This document shows positions 23,501 through 37,172 of a DNA stretch of 64,000 bases, piece after piece. The stretch is from Spirogloea muscicola (Eukaryota), in assembly GCA_009602725.1 (NCBI GenBank), contig WELB01000020.1, positions 296,705-360,704 on the forward strand, written 5' to 3'. Under the pieces are notes generated by a model that saw only the letters and a program-made list of their open reading frames with translations, was not told the origin of the DNA and made no database searches. The stretch's first letter is position 1. Each line of letters begins with the position of its first letter. The translations under genes and the position numbers were made by a program.

Positions 23501-26235
23501 CAAAGGGGTGAATACCAGTGCTGCTATGACATCACCAAGCGGTATTCAACACATTCACCCACAACTTGTGTATGTTTGTAGATTGCAGGAGTTTATATGT
23601 ATAAGTGAAAGTGTGTGCAGCAGCCCAGGCAGTACTGTTGCTGATGGGGGTTTGGAGATATATGTGCTGTAGGTTGTTGGAGCAAGACCCCTATGCTTTA
23701 CAATGTATGCCTGTTCACCTGGCGTCTGCTTTGGAGCTTCGAAAGAAGAATGAGCTCTTCTTGACAGCTCATAAACTTGTGCAAGAGTATCCGCAACTGT
23801 GAGTCAGAAGCTGCCACTAGAAGGCACCGTCCATGCCAGGCTGTGAATGCACCACGCATGAAGAGCCCTTTGTTCAGGCTGTCCATAACTTCTGCTTGCC
23901 GCTACCAGCAAGCACAGAAAGTATTGCGAAGCATTCCTATACATGCATAAGACATGCAGAAAGTTTATATGACATCCACAGCCTATGTATTGCCAATCAA
24001 TTGCGCCATCATTGCTTGAGGAAGCACGTATCCCTTAATCCTAGATAAAACTTGTAACACTTCTGGGGGAAGCAAAGGCATGTTTGAGCACGGAAAGTGC
24101 AAAGTATTAATCAACGCAACACACCTTGTACCGCTTGCTTGTGGTACATGACAGTGCTCTCTCCTGGTTTGGCGTGGCTTGCTATTACTACTGCATACAG
24201 CACTTTGATCAGGCTCGCCGATATTTCAGGTTCAGTCCTTTGCAATATGTGCATCTGTCTGAATTACCTTGCATCTGTTGTTCTAGGAGTTGTAAGGACG
24301 AGGTATGCTTGCTCATTACATACCTGTGCATTTTGTGTAATGTGAGAGATGCTAGACTCACTTGATTGTACTTGTCTGAGGGGATTGACCATGGCTTGTT
24401 GCTCTGGCATGCTCAACTAAGCCTTAATTTGGCAGTCTGACACTTCCCACTTTACACCTCTTCATATCAGCAAAGCAACAACACTGCAGAGCTCATTTGC
24501 TCCTGCTTGGCTTGGCTTTGGCAATGCTTACGCTGCACAAGATGAAAGTGATCAAGCAATGGCTGCCTATCGGACTGCAGCTCGCTTATTTGCAGGGTGA
24601 GCAAGTCGTGCACTCATTTCAGTGCAGCCTTTAGCGAAGGGGCATGCATCACTATGTCTCACACTGGTCCACACATTCCAATCATGTGAATCTCTCCTTG
24701 CTTGGTAAGTGGTGGAGCTTCTCGGCCAGCTCTGCTGCCCAGCTGCACTGTCTCTTACGTCTTGTCTTGCAATGAAGCAGGTGCCACCTGCCAATGCTGT
24801 GCATTGGAATGGAGTATCAGCGCACCAACAACTGGGTTCTTGCCGAGCAGGTGCTTGTACATATGGCACATGGACTACTGCAAGAAGATCAGTGTCTGGT
24901 TTTCTGACCAAAACGAGTATAGCTAAGCACAGGTTAAGGACCACTCTACTCTGTTGTAAAGGACAATCTTCTCCTTGGGCTGAGTGGCTCACTTACTTTG
25001 CTGCCCTGCAGTTCTACATACAATCAAGATCAATTTGCCCCGAGGATCCGCTGGTCCATAATGAGCTTGGAGTTCTTGCCTTCCTCAACGGAGAGTGCGA
25101 GCCAATCTCCAGAATTCCTTTCTCTCTTACACCTGCTTGACGTCAGCTCCTGTTGTGAAAGCAAAACAAGGAATGTCTATACTAGTCATTGATAGCTTTC
25201 CTGGGATTCTTGTTCATGTCACATATCGCAAAGTATGCTCTGTCTGCGCGCATTTTTGCAGTTACCCTTCTGCTGCCTCCTCTTTCGCAAAAGCGTTGCA
25301 GTTTGCTCCACACCCGACCACTCCCGCATGGGAAACAACACTGGTCAACCTGGCCCACACCTTCCGGAAGCAGAAGTGCGTTTCTTGGACAACATATTGC
25401 CACATTCATTCACCTCAGAAACCACAATTGTTGAGGACCTATGCATGCAAGCAGAGTAGATTTTGAGCAAGACAAGTTGCTACAAAAGTGTGATGCTTGA
25501 TTCCTTGCATGCATGCAGCTTGCACAAGAGCAAGTGTAGGCCTTGAATCTCAATGCTGCAAGCAATGTTATTGGGCTGGACATTTGGCACTTTTTACCAA
25601 TTTAGTTCATGTTATCAAAGCTGGCACCCTGTTACAGGCTGTACGAAAAGGCAATTAGCATGTATGAGGAGGCAATTGCTCTTGTCCCCAAGTCCATTAG
25701 TACTTGCGCAGGTCTTGCCTTCACTCACCACCTACAGGCATGTCCTCTTCCCTCTTCCCACTTAGATGGTGTTTATACTAATCGCCATTCAAATCGTTTG
25801 TTTGTGTGTACTGTCTTGCTCTTTATAGTTGACTACACCGAATATCAGAGCAGCTGACTCTTCTTATTCTGATGCAGGGTAACTTAACGCAAGCCATCGA
25901 CTACTATCACAGGGTGCATATTTGGCCCAGAACTTCGACATGATACAGTTGATATACTGTGTGCAGCCAAATGCAAATTGCAAATTGAAGTCTGGGTCAG
26001 CGAGATTGCAGCATGGGTATTGCAGTAATTCATGCAGTACTGTGATGATGATGATGCATTGGTAGTGATACATTCACAGCTCAGGTTCTTGCCCGTGACC
26101 TGGCAGGCACTTGGACTGAGACCAGGAGACGCCTTCGCCACAGAGATGCTGACACAAGCCCTAACAGAGGAGTGCCAGCAAAGTGCAGGCAGCGACTTGG
26201 ACGCCATTCTGAGAATACCTGCACTGACTGTGTGA
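20535..26235 (+). CDS. APC6: Anaphase-promoting complex subunit 6 (CDC16), TPR protein
   Basis: RDCLAKHLPASAAFFADK, RFRYLAAKCL, KDWEECLAMLG, DPYCFE, LFLTAHKLVQEYP, APAWLGFGNAYAAQDESDQAMAAYRTAARLF, DPLVHNELGVL, WETTLVNLAHTFRK across many GT-AG exons. Start codon tentative. Confidence 0.93.
21811..21923 (+). repeat. ~57-bp imperfect tandem duplication in an APC6 intron
   Basis: gctgacaccttggttcct...agtcatgctcaacaagtcc repeated as gctggcaccttggttcct...agtcatgcttagcaagtcc. Confidence 0.7.
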
Positions 26236-26546
26236 CGGCTGATTGGGCCAGCCAAGCCGGTGCCCAATGTGCAGCCCACTTTTGCAAAGAGTTACCTGCC
26301 TTGGCCTGCCAATCCCTTTTATCATTGTGGGGCCAAGAAGCATCAAGCTTATCCCAAGTGCTCTTGGCATAGATTGAATCGCAGGACTGTCACAATGCCA
26401 TCAGACAAAGCTCCCGCATGTGAGCAAAGTGATGCCAGGTGAGACTGGGGTGTCTTACTGTCCTAGTGTGCAGCACCTGGGCCTAGGGGATGATGGCTAC
26501 AAGCAAGCCTAAGGACAGGTGACGAGAGGATCGAGCAGGTCCTAGG

Positions 26547-28068
26547 TCACTTAATGAGGGGGCCCCCAGGGAGTGCAGTGCGGTAGATGAAGTCGAGGAA
26601 GCCGGTGCCAGAAAGAAAACCCTTGCTGGTGACAAGCTCTTGTACAAGGAGGAAGAAGAAGCCGAGCATTGCCGCACGCCCATTGATGATTTCATTCTTG
26701 CGTGAAAACCCAAAGCCCTGCTGGGACTCGTCCACCTGCATTCTCGTCTGCTAAGTGCAGACATGTCAGAAAATGGTGCCCGCCGATTGCAAAATAATAG
26801 TCAATGTGCCCAAACCCTGCTCATTTCAGATGTTAATGACTTGGAAACGCAACTGCAGGTCAGCAAATGACGTCATCCCGAGAATGCAGCTGTTAGATGT
26901 GCTGCTACAACATACCTCGTCCACAGCGACGTCCGTCGCGGTCTGGCCCACCTTTGCGCCGCTGCCAATGACGACCTCGGCGGCCTCACTGGACGTATTG
27001 CGCCGCATGTCGACATAAATAGACTCGCCATCCACCTTGACGGGGTATATCTCCACCTCACGCAGTGGCCGGGTGAGGACGCGCAGCACAGGGTTGGTGG
27101 GGTACCACTCGCGAATTGCGCCCGTTTTCAGGTCGTATGTTGTACTTGTCGTCGGGCAGACGATGGAACCATCCTGCACATATATGAGCGATGCATTAGC
27201 TCACGCATGATAGCCCTCGTAGAAGCCTCTTCCAGAGCAGCTCGCTTGCACACAGTCCCTGGCATTACAGGAGAGGCAGCGCAAGCTTGTCCTCCACAGC
27301 CCTGTTCTCAGCAATGTCTGCATTGTGAGTCAGTACCAGGCCCGCGCTCTTCTTGGTGCGCACGCAGCGGGCAGAGACGACGAGCTCTCGGGTTTCTCGA
27401 CATGGGCCGCCCCAGCGGCGACGGCGGCATTGGAGGGCGCAACAACGGAGACTGCAGACCTGCGTGAGCTTGGCATTGATGAAGCCCTCAGAGTAGGCGC
27501 CCTCGGCAGGGGAGGTGTTCTCCAGCGCGTAGATCTGGTCTCGGTACCACAGGAGGAGGATGGTCTCGCCGTCCTGACGGACCAGCCGCCGCTCGCCGCG
27601 CGGGAGCGCCTCGACGGGGATCACCGGCACCCAGTTGGCGGATTCGCCGGTCGCCGCCTCTGCCACCGACGGCTCCGCCGCAGCCTGCGAGGCGCGGCAG
27701 CTACACGGCGTCAGACGGGAGCCTCAAGGAAGGCCGCCATTACGACGAGAGCAGGCAGGGCTGCCAACGTTGGCGGAGCCCAGCGTGCCAGGTCGTCGGC
27801 TGGCCCCGCCGCGGCATTGCCACCAGCTTGCACAGCCGCGGGCATAGGTAACGAGAGGGACCCAGGTCGCGCAGCTGGGCAGCCGCTGTGGTACCTGGAC
27901 GAGGGCCGGGGACCGCCGAGAGGGCTGCGCCGGCCTGGGCAGGCCGCCGACGGCGCAGAGGCTGCTCCGGACCCTTCGGCCCTGGAAGACCTTTGTGCCA
28001 CCGGCAGCGGCTGCGACGCGCCGAGGCCGCCGCGTCGACGCCGCCGCCGCCGCTGCCGCCGCCGCCGC
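26547..28068 (-). CDS. PSB33: Thylakoid Rieske-like + LHC-like helix protein PSB33/LIL8/TEF5 (start lies in N gap)
   Basis: WVPVIPVEALPRGERRLVRQDGETILLLWYRDQIYALENTSPAEGAYSEGF, DGSIVCPTTSTTYDLKTG..WYP, C-terminal LHC motif NEIINGRAAMLGF; transit-peptide exon 27895-28068. Confidence 0.92.
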
Positions 28069-28868
28069 NNNNNNNNNNNNNNNNNNNNNNNNNNNNNNNN
28101 NNNNNNNNNNNNNNNNNNNNNNNNNNNNNNNNNNNNNNNNNNNNNNNNNNNNNNNNNNNNNNNNNNNNNNNNNNNNNNNNNNNNNNNNNNNNNNNNNNNN
28201 NNNNNNNNNNNNNNNNNNNNNNNNNNNNNNNNNNNNNNNNNNNNNNNNNNNNNNNNNNNNNNNNNNNNNNNNNNNNNNNNNNNNNNNNNNNNNNNNNNNN
28301 NNNNNNNNNNNNNNNNNNNNNNNNNNNNNNNNNNNNNNNNNNNNNNNNNNNNNNNNNNNNNNNNNNNNNNNNNNNNNNNNNNNNNNNNNNNNNNNNNNNN
28401 NNNNNNNNNNNNNNNNNNNNNNNNNNNNNNNNNNNNNNNNNNNNNNNNNNNNNNNNNNNNNNNNNNNNNNNNNNNNNNNNNNNNNNNNNNNNNNNNNNNN
28501 NNNNNNNNNNNNNNNNNNNNNNNNNNNNNNNNNNNNNNNNNNNNNNNNNNNNNNNNNNNNNNNNNNNNNNNNNNNNNNNNNNNNNNNNNNNNNNNNNNNN
28601 NNNNNNNNNNNNNNNNNNNNNNNNNNNNNNNNNNNNNNNNNNNNNNNNNNNNNNNNNNNNNNNNNNNNNNNNNNNNNNNNNNNNNNNNNNNNNNNNNNNN
28701 NNNNNNNNNNNNNNNNNNNNNNNNNNNNNNNNNNNNNNNNNNNNNNNNNNNNNNNNNNNNNNNNNNNNNNNNNNNNNNNNNNNNNNNNNNNNNNNNNNNN
28801 NNNNNNNNNNNNNNNNNNNNNNNNNNNNNNNNNNNNNNNNNNNNNNNNNNNNNNNNNNNNNNNNNNNN

Positions 28869-30468
28869 CGCCGCGCCGCCGCCGCAACCCACCGCCGCCA
28901 GGGCTTTGCCTCCGGACCCTGCCCGCAGCGGCCACCGCCAACGTGCTCCGCTGCAGCTTGGCGCCGCAGCTGCACGGCCCGCCGGAGCGCGCCTTGCCTC
29001 GCAGCTGGGACGTGGTCGGCCTCGGCCAGGCCATGGTGAGTCCTCGCCGCCGCCGCCGCCGCCGCCGCAGCCGCCGCCGCCGCTGCCGCCGCAGCATCAG
29101 GCCCGCCCACCTTGGCGGCTCTCGGCCTCAGCTTCGCGGTCTGGAGAAGTTGCTCGGATCCAGTTGCGGGGATGCCCAGCAAGTAAGCGGCGTCCGAGGA
29201 GCTGACGGCGCCGCCCCGCGCCGTCGTGCGTTCGCGGCGCAGGTGGATTTCTCGGGCATGGTGAGCGACGGCTTCCTGCAGACGCTGGGCTTGGAGAAGG
29301 GCGTGCGCCGACTGGTGGACCACGAGGAGCGCGGCGCTGTGCTGCGCGCTCTCGACGGCTGCTCCTACAAGGTCTCGGCCGGCGGCTCGCTCTCCAACAC
29401 GCTGGTCGCCCTCGCCCGGCTCGGCAGTGCGGCAGCACTGGACGCCTCCGGCAGCGAGCAGCCGGCCATCAACGTCGCCATGACCGGCAGCGTGGGCAGC
29501 GACGCCCTCGGCGACTTCTACCGGGCGAAGCTGCAGCGCGCCAACGTGTGCTTCCTGTCCCGCCCTGTCGCCGGCGGCACGACCGGCACCGTCGTCGTCC
29601 TGACCACGCCCGACGCGCAGCGGACGATGCTCTCGTACCAGGTGAGCCCCCTGATGGCCAACTCTGAGAAGTTGCACTCCGCGTCATAGGTTGAGCCACT
29701 TGTGCACAAGTAAACGCCAGAGTTTGAATCAGCCTCTATGTGTGTGGTGGTTTATTTGGGCAGGGAATGTCATCATCAGTGGAGTGTGACGCAGCATTGG
29801 GGGCGGCCGTGTGCTGCTCGAGCTTCCTGATGGTGGAGGGCTACCTGTGGGAAATCCCAAAAACGGTGGCAGCTATTGCGGAGGCGTGCCACATGGCGCG
29901 CTCGAAAGGTGTCCTCGTTGCACTGTCGACCTCCGACGTCTCGTGCGTCGTCCGCCACCGCGACCGCTTCTGGCAAGTCATGTCGGAGAGTGCAGACATC
30001 CTTTTCTCCAATGCAGACGAGGCGCGGGCACTTACGGGCTTCAGCAAGAGCACAAGCCCCGCGCTGGCGGCGCGTCATCTCTCACGCTTCTGTCCGCTCG
30101 TATCAGTCACAGACGGCGCGCGAGGGGCGTACCTCAGCCTGCGTGGCGAGGTAGTGTACGTCCCGCCCTTTCCGTGTACTCCGGTGGATACTTGTGGCGC
30201 TGGGGACGCGTATGCAGCAGGCCTCCTCTTTGGCCTCCTCCGTGGTGTCCCAGACCTGCGCTGTGCCGGTGCCCTGGCAGCCCGCGTCGCATCTCTCGTT
30301 GTTGCTCAGCAGTGTGGACGGCTACGCGCTGAGGATGCTGTTGAGCTTGCCCGGTGCATCCGCCCCATGGTCACCACCTTGCCCCCCTTAGGGCAGCTCG
30401 TCTCAGCATTGCGCCTCAATCGTGACGGCAGCCCTGGTGACCTGCACCTCAATAACGTGCACTTATAA
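28869..30468 (+). CDS. NARA5: Plastid pfkB-family carbohydrate kinase (NARA5-like; start in N gap)
   Basis: WDVVGLGQAM|VDFSGMV...GCSYKVSAGGSLSNTLVALARLG, TTPDAQRTML, pfkB signature VDTCGAGDAYAAG; exons ~28869-29035, 29243-29641, 29764-30468. Confidence 0.88.
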
Positions 30469-31835
30469 CCCTGGTTGATTGCTACACAAGAGAAATAGTC
30501 TGCATGAGAATCCTGGCCTCATTGTTCAGACCACAGCCGCCTTGCTTTGTGCACATATCAAGGAGCTGCACACCTTAGCCATCGTACTTACTTGGCCAGG
30601 CCCTTCCGTGGGTTCTCCCTCAATTTCGCCACAATTGTTGCGCCAGTGACTAGGCTGCCCCCTCACATGGCTCTGCCAGCGGTGATAGGCTGCAGCTCTT
30701 TGAAAAGACTCGGTGCATTGACATGGGGTAGCTTGAGCTCTTATTGCTCCGAGTAGCTCATCTCCTGTACATTTATTAAAAGCATGCGTGGCCCATTACC
30801 ACGCACATCAGGACTACTTCCCTTGATACGATTTACAATGATCTGCTGGCCGCCGCAACTTGTCCAATAAGTGAGTCACCGTGAGGGTCCACCAGCTGCA
30901 TCGATTTTGCAACTTTGACATGGTATCAACAATCATGATGACTCTATTGATCAGTGTAAGTCACATGTGGCAGGTCAGAGTGAAAATAGTTGGCGTACTC
31001 AGTCCACCCTCTTCATCTGCTCGAGGACTGGGGTACTCCTGGCTGGCCAAGAGACTAAGATCGCGTCAAAGGCTGACACAATTTAAGTCAAAAAGCCTAA
31101 GTGTTGGCTCCTGCACTAGTGGTTTTAGGAGCCTCCATCTCTATGGCTTTATCAACAAGGATGGCCGCATACACCAGCCTACAGGTGATTCACAAGGCAT
31201 ATTGCGTTGAGGTCTTCCATGCATTGGCCTTCTCAACTCTTAGTGGTCGCAAAGGAACAGCCAGCTTGAGTGGCTGCGGCTTCCTTCAGGCCAGTAGGAC
31301 GTCTGCCTTTTGCAACACATATTGGTAAGGTTCGAGAGGGTTAGCAACAGCCGGGATGCAAAGCACCATGGGGCAACAGCCAACGTCCTTCTCACACACA
31401 GATGGATAATCCAGCGAAATCAAGGTCAACAAGACCAGATAAGCAAATACGCGAAATGACCTCCTCAATGTCCGCCTGCCTGAAGACGGTTCTGCCCAGA
31501 ACAAAGCTGCCAGCTCGTTCTACAGGCCAGGTGCAAATGGCGCTGCAGCATGAAGCTGCCAGGTTCACTGGCGACAGTTCCTCAGGCATGCCCGGCTGTG
31601 TATTGGCCAGGACAGCTCCTCGCAACAGTCAGAAGATTCTTACCATTCCAAAGTAGGTGGACCTGATCCGCTGGATCCATCTTGGTCACGTCTGATACTA
31701 TAGATCCCAAGGAGGTAGCTATATGACCCCAAGGGCCAGCATGAAGAAGTACGCCCCTAAGTTAGCCAGGCTGGCCGGCTAGCTGGCCTCATTGACAACC
31801 CTTCTCACGCCAATCGAGCACTCTCAAGGAACATA

Positions 31836-33625
31836 TCAGCAACAATTGTTCTTCTGTGGCAGAGGCCGGCTTTCCCCAGGGCGGACAGTGCTGGCTTTGG
31901 TGTTCAGCGCCGGCTGGCTAGCCATTCTGCATCAGTGACATTGCCGACCTCACGGTATCAATGAAAGACCACCATTATTAAACATCTTATACTCAGGTAG
32001 GCTGACTTCTAGTGTATGCTTGTCAGCTACTTGATGACCTATCACTTACGCTACAGATCACGTGAAGACTGATATGCATGACAGAGACAGATCAGACTCA
32101 GTTGTGATGTATTAATCTACCTGTTTTTAATCTCAGCTGCCATGGTCATGAAAGCTTGCTCAACATTTGTTGCATTCTTTGCCGATGTCTCTAAGAATGG
32201 GATACCAATCTCGTCAGCAAAAGCCTGCACAGCAATGTCAGCAACATATATAAATAACAGTCGTTGCATTGCATTTGATAGAATCACAATAGGAGGCTTA
32301 CGATGGCAAAAGCAGCATTGGATACAGCTGCCTTTGACATCTGCTATCAGGTGACAGCAGTAAGCATCAAGGCCTTCTGACCAAAGCACGTCAGCTTTTG
32401 AGGACAGGTCTCTCAGGTCTATGTACAGAAGCTCAAAAATGTCACCAGGACAACAATTGATGTACACCATCTCATACCTTGGCGGTCTGATAGTCCACCA
32501 CCTTCTTGGCAGTCAGGTCGCTCTTATTACCAACCAAGAGCTTGTTCACATTCTCATTTGCATACCGGTCTATCTCATTGAGCCATTGTTTGACATTGTT
32601 GAAGCTCTCCTGATCAGTCACATCATAAACAACCTGCATGTCAACCAGCAACTTGACTTAGTGATGCTCAAATATGTCCTACCATATTGACAACCCAAGG
32701 TCTATAGATTCCGTGTCAGCTGGTAAGGCCTAGCAGATGATGAGCTACAAGGACAACAAATGCTTCTAAGCTCTACCCTGCAACTCGCAAACATGTCGCA
32801 GAAGACTCAGATATGCAAGACTTAGGACTTGTCTTTCACTTGCTCTGCACATCCCCCATGGACGCATACAGATCAAGCACTCGTCGACAAGCCCGGGTGC
32901 AGCTGACCTAAGAAGACCTCACTTCGTGCAAAGCAGGTGAGCTGCACTTCTCGACTTGAAATGTAGCCATAGGCGTACACGATTACGAAATAGCTGCGGA
33001 CTTACAATAATACCGTGGGCGCCCCGATAGTAACTGCTTGTAATTGTCCGAAACCTCTCCTGTCCAGCAGTATCCCACTGCAGAAATACCAGATAGATGA
33101 CACTGATCTTCTTCGTCCAGAGCAATGGATGACCCTGACCAATATTACTTTTGTCACGGACACACGCTTGACCAATTAGGTGACGAGTTCGTCCTATGCA
33201 CTGAAGAACAGCACCTCTTTAGGGTAGGCACACTTTCCGACTGCTGGAGGGAGACTGCATAGTATCTGCATAGATCTACAAAGCAAACCCTCGCACATGA
33301 CACTTACAATCTGCAACTTGATGGTCTTGCCGTCAAGCTCCACTGTCCGGATTTTCTGTCCATCGTATTCAAACCAGACTCGTCCTTAGCAAGTAGAAAG
33401 CAACAGAATTGATGCCGAAGTCCTCCACTAGTGACAGCTGCTCAATCATTGGGCACCAGAGAGTCAAGCTTGGCAGGTGGGAAGCCTCACAAAGTCTACA
33501 CCGATGGTGCTGATGTAGCTCTCGAGGTAGGAGTCGTCCGCAAACCGCAGCAAGAGGCAGGACTTCCCGACGCCAGAGTCTCCGATGAGCAGGAGCTTGA
33601 AGAGGTAGTCGTACTCAGGGTTCAT
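31836..33625 (-). CDS. RAB1: Rab1/RabD (YPT1) small GTPase
   Basis: [61 protein letters not shown]-terminal CC prenylation motif; 6 exons. Confidence 0.97.
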
Positions 33626-34259
33626 CTTGGCCGAAGGACTTGGACGACTCGCCACAGGCAGGAGAGAGAGCAAAACCGACGGGCGCGCGCTCTGGCTCGG
33701 CGAGCCGACACAGCGGGAGGGAGATCTGCCCCTCGACAGCCCTGCACGGCAGTGGCGAGCGAAGGGCGCAAGTTTCCGTCGGCAGAGCCTCGGCGCGAAT
33801 AACGAGAGCCTGAAAATCCGAACGGCAGCAAGACCGGCAGCCGACGCGGACTACGGCGGGCGGCTGCACGGCGCGGCAGGGCCGGCGCGCGGCGCGGCGG
33901 AGATGGCGCGGGGGAGGCGTTGGAGTCCGGGGCGGGTCAAGTGAATGGCGAATTGGCGGGAGGGGCGATGGAAAAATTTAATTGCCGTCCCGCCTGTGGT
34001 AACGGGACTGGGCTGGGCTGGGGCCGCGCTGCCCCCGGCACATCATCGCGAACGGACCCGCCGGGCAAACCCCAACCGCCCGCTGCGCCTCGCGCGGCGG
34101 AGGGCCGCACTGCTCCTTCCCGACGCAGGGGTCCTGTTCACATTGGCCGAGCCGCCTCCGCCGGCGTTCCGGCGGGCCTGACGAGAGGCGCGCCACTAGG
34201 ATATGGTTCCGTTGACGTTCTTGTCACCAACCGTGACAGGCCCGGTGTAGCTCCTACTG

Positions 34260-34930
34260 AAGAGAGAAGGCGCGCGGAGCGCATGGTATTAAAGGGAGGC
34301 CAATTCAAACCAATACATTGTGCAGGCAGGGTCTAGTGCAAATTAAACAAGGCTACATAACACGGATACCTAAATTGAGGTGCCTAAGCTTACATCAGTA
34401 CCCACGGGTGAGCACAAACAAATCCGACAAGCTAACTTGGGGGGCTGGAGCGCCGCCACGAAAGTCGGAGGCCTGACTTAGAGCGTGCCCTGCACGTTGA
34501 TGAATAGCCAATGCTTGCGAGCGCTGCAAATTAAGGGAAAGCCGCATTTCATAATGTGCAGCTTAGGCCTGCGGAATGCTGGAGTGGCCCAAGCTGCCCC
34601 CCCGACTTCGACGACGCGCATCAACCAGCCGGGCCAGATGCTGGATCAGGGAGGACCATTATACGCCGTAGCCTCTGCAGATATCCATGGAATACGGATA
34701 AAGATGGTCCCCTCGGGGTTGGTCCTGGTAGTGCCGCTCCTTCTTGCGCTCCGCGCTGGACGTGGCCCAGCCAGACACGGTTGACGTGGGTGCGCCAGCC
34801 TTGTATGCGTCGATCAGTACCACGTCCAGGAGTAGACGAGGCCCCACCGCCACGGGGGTTGGCGACCACGTCCAGACGCCGCACATATGGCTTGCCGCGC
34901 CCTGAGGAGATTGGCACAATACCGGAAGAA
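34260..34930 (-). mobile_element. 5'-truncated RLE non-LTR retroelement (distinct 3'-UTR subfamily)
   Basis: GKPYVRRLDVVANPRGGG (endonuclease motif region) ... RLSLNLQRSQALAIHQRAGHALSQAS...SLSDLFVLTRGY* (stop ~34395); 3' UTR ends atgcgctccgcgcgccttctctct. Confidence 0.8.
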
Positions 34931-35004
34931 GAAAGAGAAATTGGCATTATGCCACCAAAGAAGAAAGAAGAAGGACGCTTCCAGGGGAGGGCGGTGGCTG
35001 AGAT

Positions 35005-37172
35005 GAATTAGTGGCTCTCCCAATGGGGGCAAGGGCTGTGATAAGCCAGCCCGAAAGACATTGACAAGGTTCGAAGGGGCCAAACTACGAAGGGGCCAAA
35101 AAGCGCTATTTCAGAAATGGTGTAGAACGTACCACTCAAAAACTAAGAGTGAGGAGCCTCAATTCGGCAGACTAGCTGCCGGAAAGGCCAGCCCAGAAAA
35201 ATGAACGAACAAAGAACTAAAGCTCTTCCAATAATTTAATGCACGAAGCGGGGGGCGGCTTGTGAAGATAAGGGGTGAACGTAGCTCCGTTCACGAGCTG
35301 AGAGGAAGCCTACTTCCAAGGGGGCGACGGCTTTGGAAAGCCAGGCCAAAAGAGCACGGACAAGGTCCAACGATCCCAAGAATGCTGAACCACGGCCAAG
35401 CAAGTGGCGACTATATATGGGTGCTCAGTGGCCCCCAGTCAGCAGCCCCAAGTCACAGTAGCTTGCCGGAAGGTTGCCTATGCGGCAATTTTGAGAAGCA
35501 TCACCAACCGGCCTGCTCACAAGTGTAATGCAAAAGCCTGCAAACGCTGGAGCGAGGCTGACAGGCAAATGCTCGACACCTAAGCGAGCGACCAGCGGCA
35601 TTGAGTCCGTGCTGCTCTCCTTTCTGGCCTTGGCGTCGGGTATTGCATTCCGGGCAAGCCGCTATAGAGCCCACGACTTCAAACGCCCCGTGAACGTCTA
35701 TAGCCAGCACACGATCATATTGCTGGCAGAGTGTCCCTAATGTCCTCTTGCCGCTCGAGCTGGTCCCAACTCAACATGGGAGTCATTCACCATTGTGTTG
35801 TGATGTGAGGGAAGACGCAGCTCTCGCAAACGGAAGTTCAGGGCCCGACAGGTACCACCTAAGAGATACGACATATGCCTGGTTTCTGGTGTTATCGTCA
35901 TTGACCACAGCATCGTCATCAAAGTGCTGTTCTAATTGCTTTGCTGGGATCTGCTATGTTAATCAGACAGAAAGTACATGGAGCTCACCTCTGGCTTTGC
36001 CTGTGCAACAAGAGTATCACGATATCTTGCGACCTGAATGAGAAGTCTACATGCTGGAGCTTGACACGCAGCTTGCAAGCGTGGCAACTGAGAGAATCTG
36101 AGTGCAAGCATGCACAGCACAACTGACTGCAAAGAACGCAGACGGTGTGAAGAGCTCTTCATTGTTCGATGTAAGAATGCCATGACCAAAGGCAGCGTGA
36201 GCTCTCAATAGGTCGAGGTAAATTAAGTATTACCTAATGGTGGAAGGTAGAGGAGACAGCTTCACCAGAAGAAGCGAAGGCTGCACAGGGCCAGCCCTAT
36301 ATAGCATGACTAGGTGCATAGGAGATGGGAAGGAAGGCAGGGCCTTAGTATTCATGACAGTCAGCTATGACGGGGCAATGTACCGTACCCACTGTTTGTA
36401 AGCGCCCAATTTTTGAAACCGTTCCAGATTGTTGGCGCCGATTGTGAAGGCCAGCCCATAAAGCTTTGCAGGAAAGAGCATACTCACACATCTACGCAGG
36501 TGGCTACAACACATGGGTGCTCAATAACCCCTGGTCAGCAGGCAAGTCAGAGTTGAGTTTCTCACCCACAATCGAACCCATGGACCTTGCCCATGCAGAG
36601 GTTGTTGCTATATTACATTTGCAATTCCCCCTGCAATTCCCCGGTTGCATAAATTGCGCTGCTCACTAGGGGATAGTGGGCACCCAGCCACTTTGAGTCG
36701 CTGTGTGCCCTAACGGTTTGCTGGCCTCTACAAATCTCGTTCAATCTTAATCTGGGCTGGCAAATTACAGCCATCGCCCTCTACTGAAAGAGTCTCTTCT
36801 CTTTGGGGAGCTGGATAACGGCAGGGAGACTGCGTGGAGACCATGCCACGCTCTTAGAGGGGCAAACGTGCAGGCCCGTAATGCTCAAGCTGGACACGAG
36901 CAGAGAAAGAAGGAGCTCTTCACAGAATGGTAATGGTCATTACAGGCCAGAGGGGCCTGTGCCCCAACCTTTACGAGATACTTTACGCTATTGTTGCTCA
37001 ACCACCGGCAGCCCAAGCTTGGCAATCCGGTCGCATTTGTGACAATTCGTTGCAAGAAGCGCAGCTCGACGACAGTGCCGCTAGCACGCTCCCTCAGGTG
37101 TTCTTTGTTCGCATGGCAGCCAAGCTTCAGCGGTCCCTGGCTTTTACAGTGACATTTGGCGGCTCTTTCTAA
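35005..37172. mobile_element. Degenerate RLE retroelement fragments and hairpin motifs
   Basis: 3' UTR matching 15690-15830 at 35010-35095; LAIDVHGAF remnant 35520-35710 (-); QVFFVRMAAKLQRSLAF remnant ~37090-37150 (+); hairpins ~35033, 36279, 36754. Confidence 0.65.

Noticed and set aside
27325..29689. 400-650 aa ORFs spanning 28069-28868
   Set aside because: Inflated by the N gap; the real genes are PSB33 (-) and the pfkB kinase (+).
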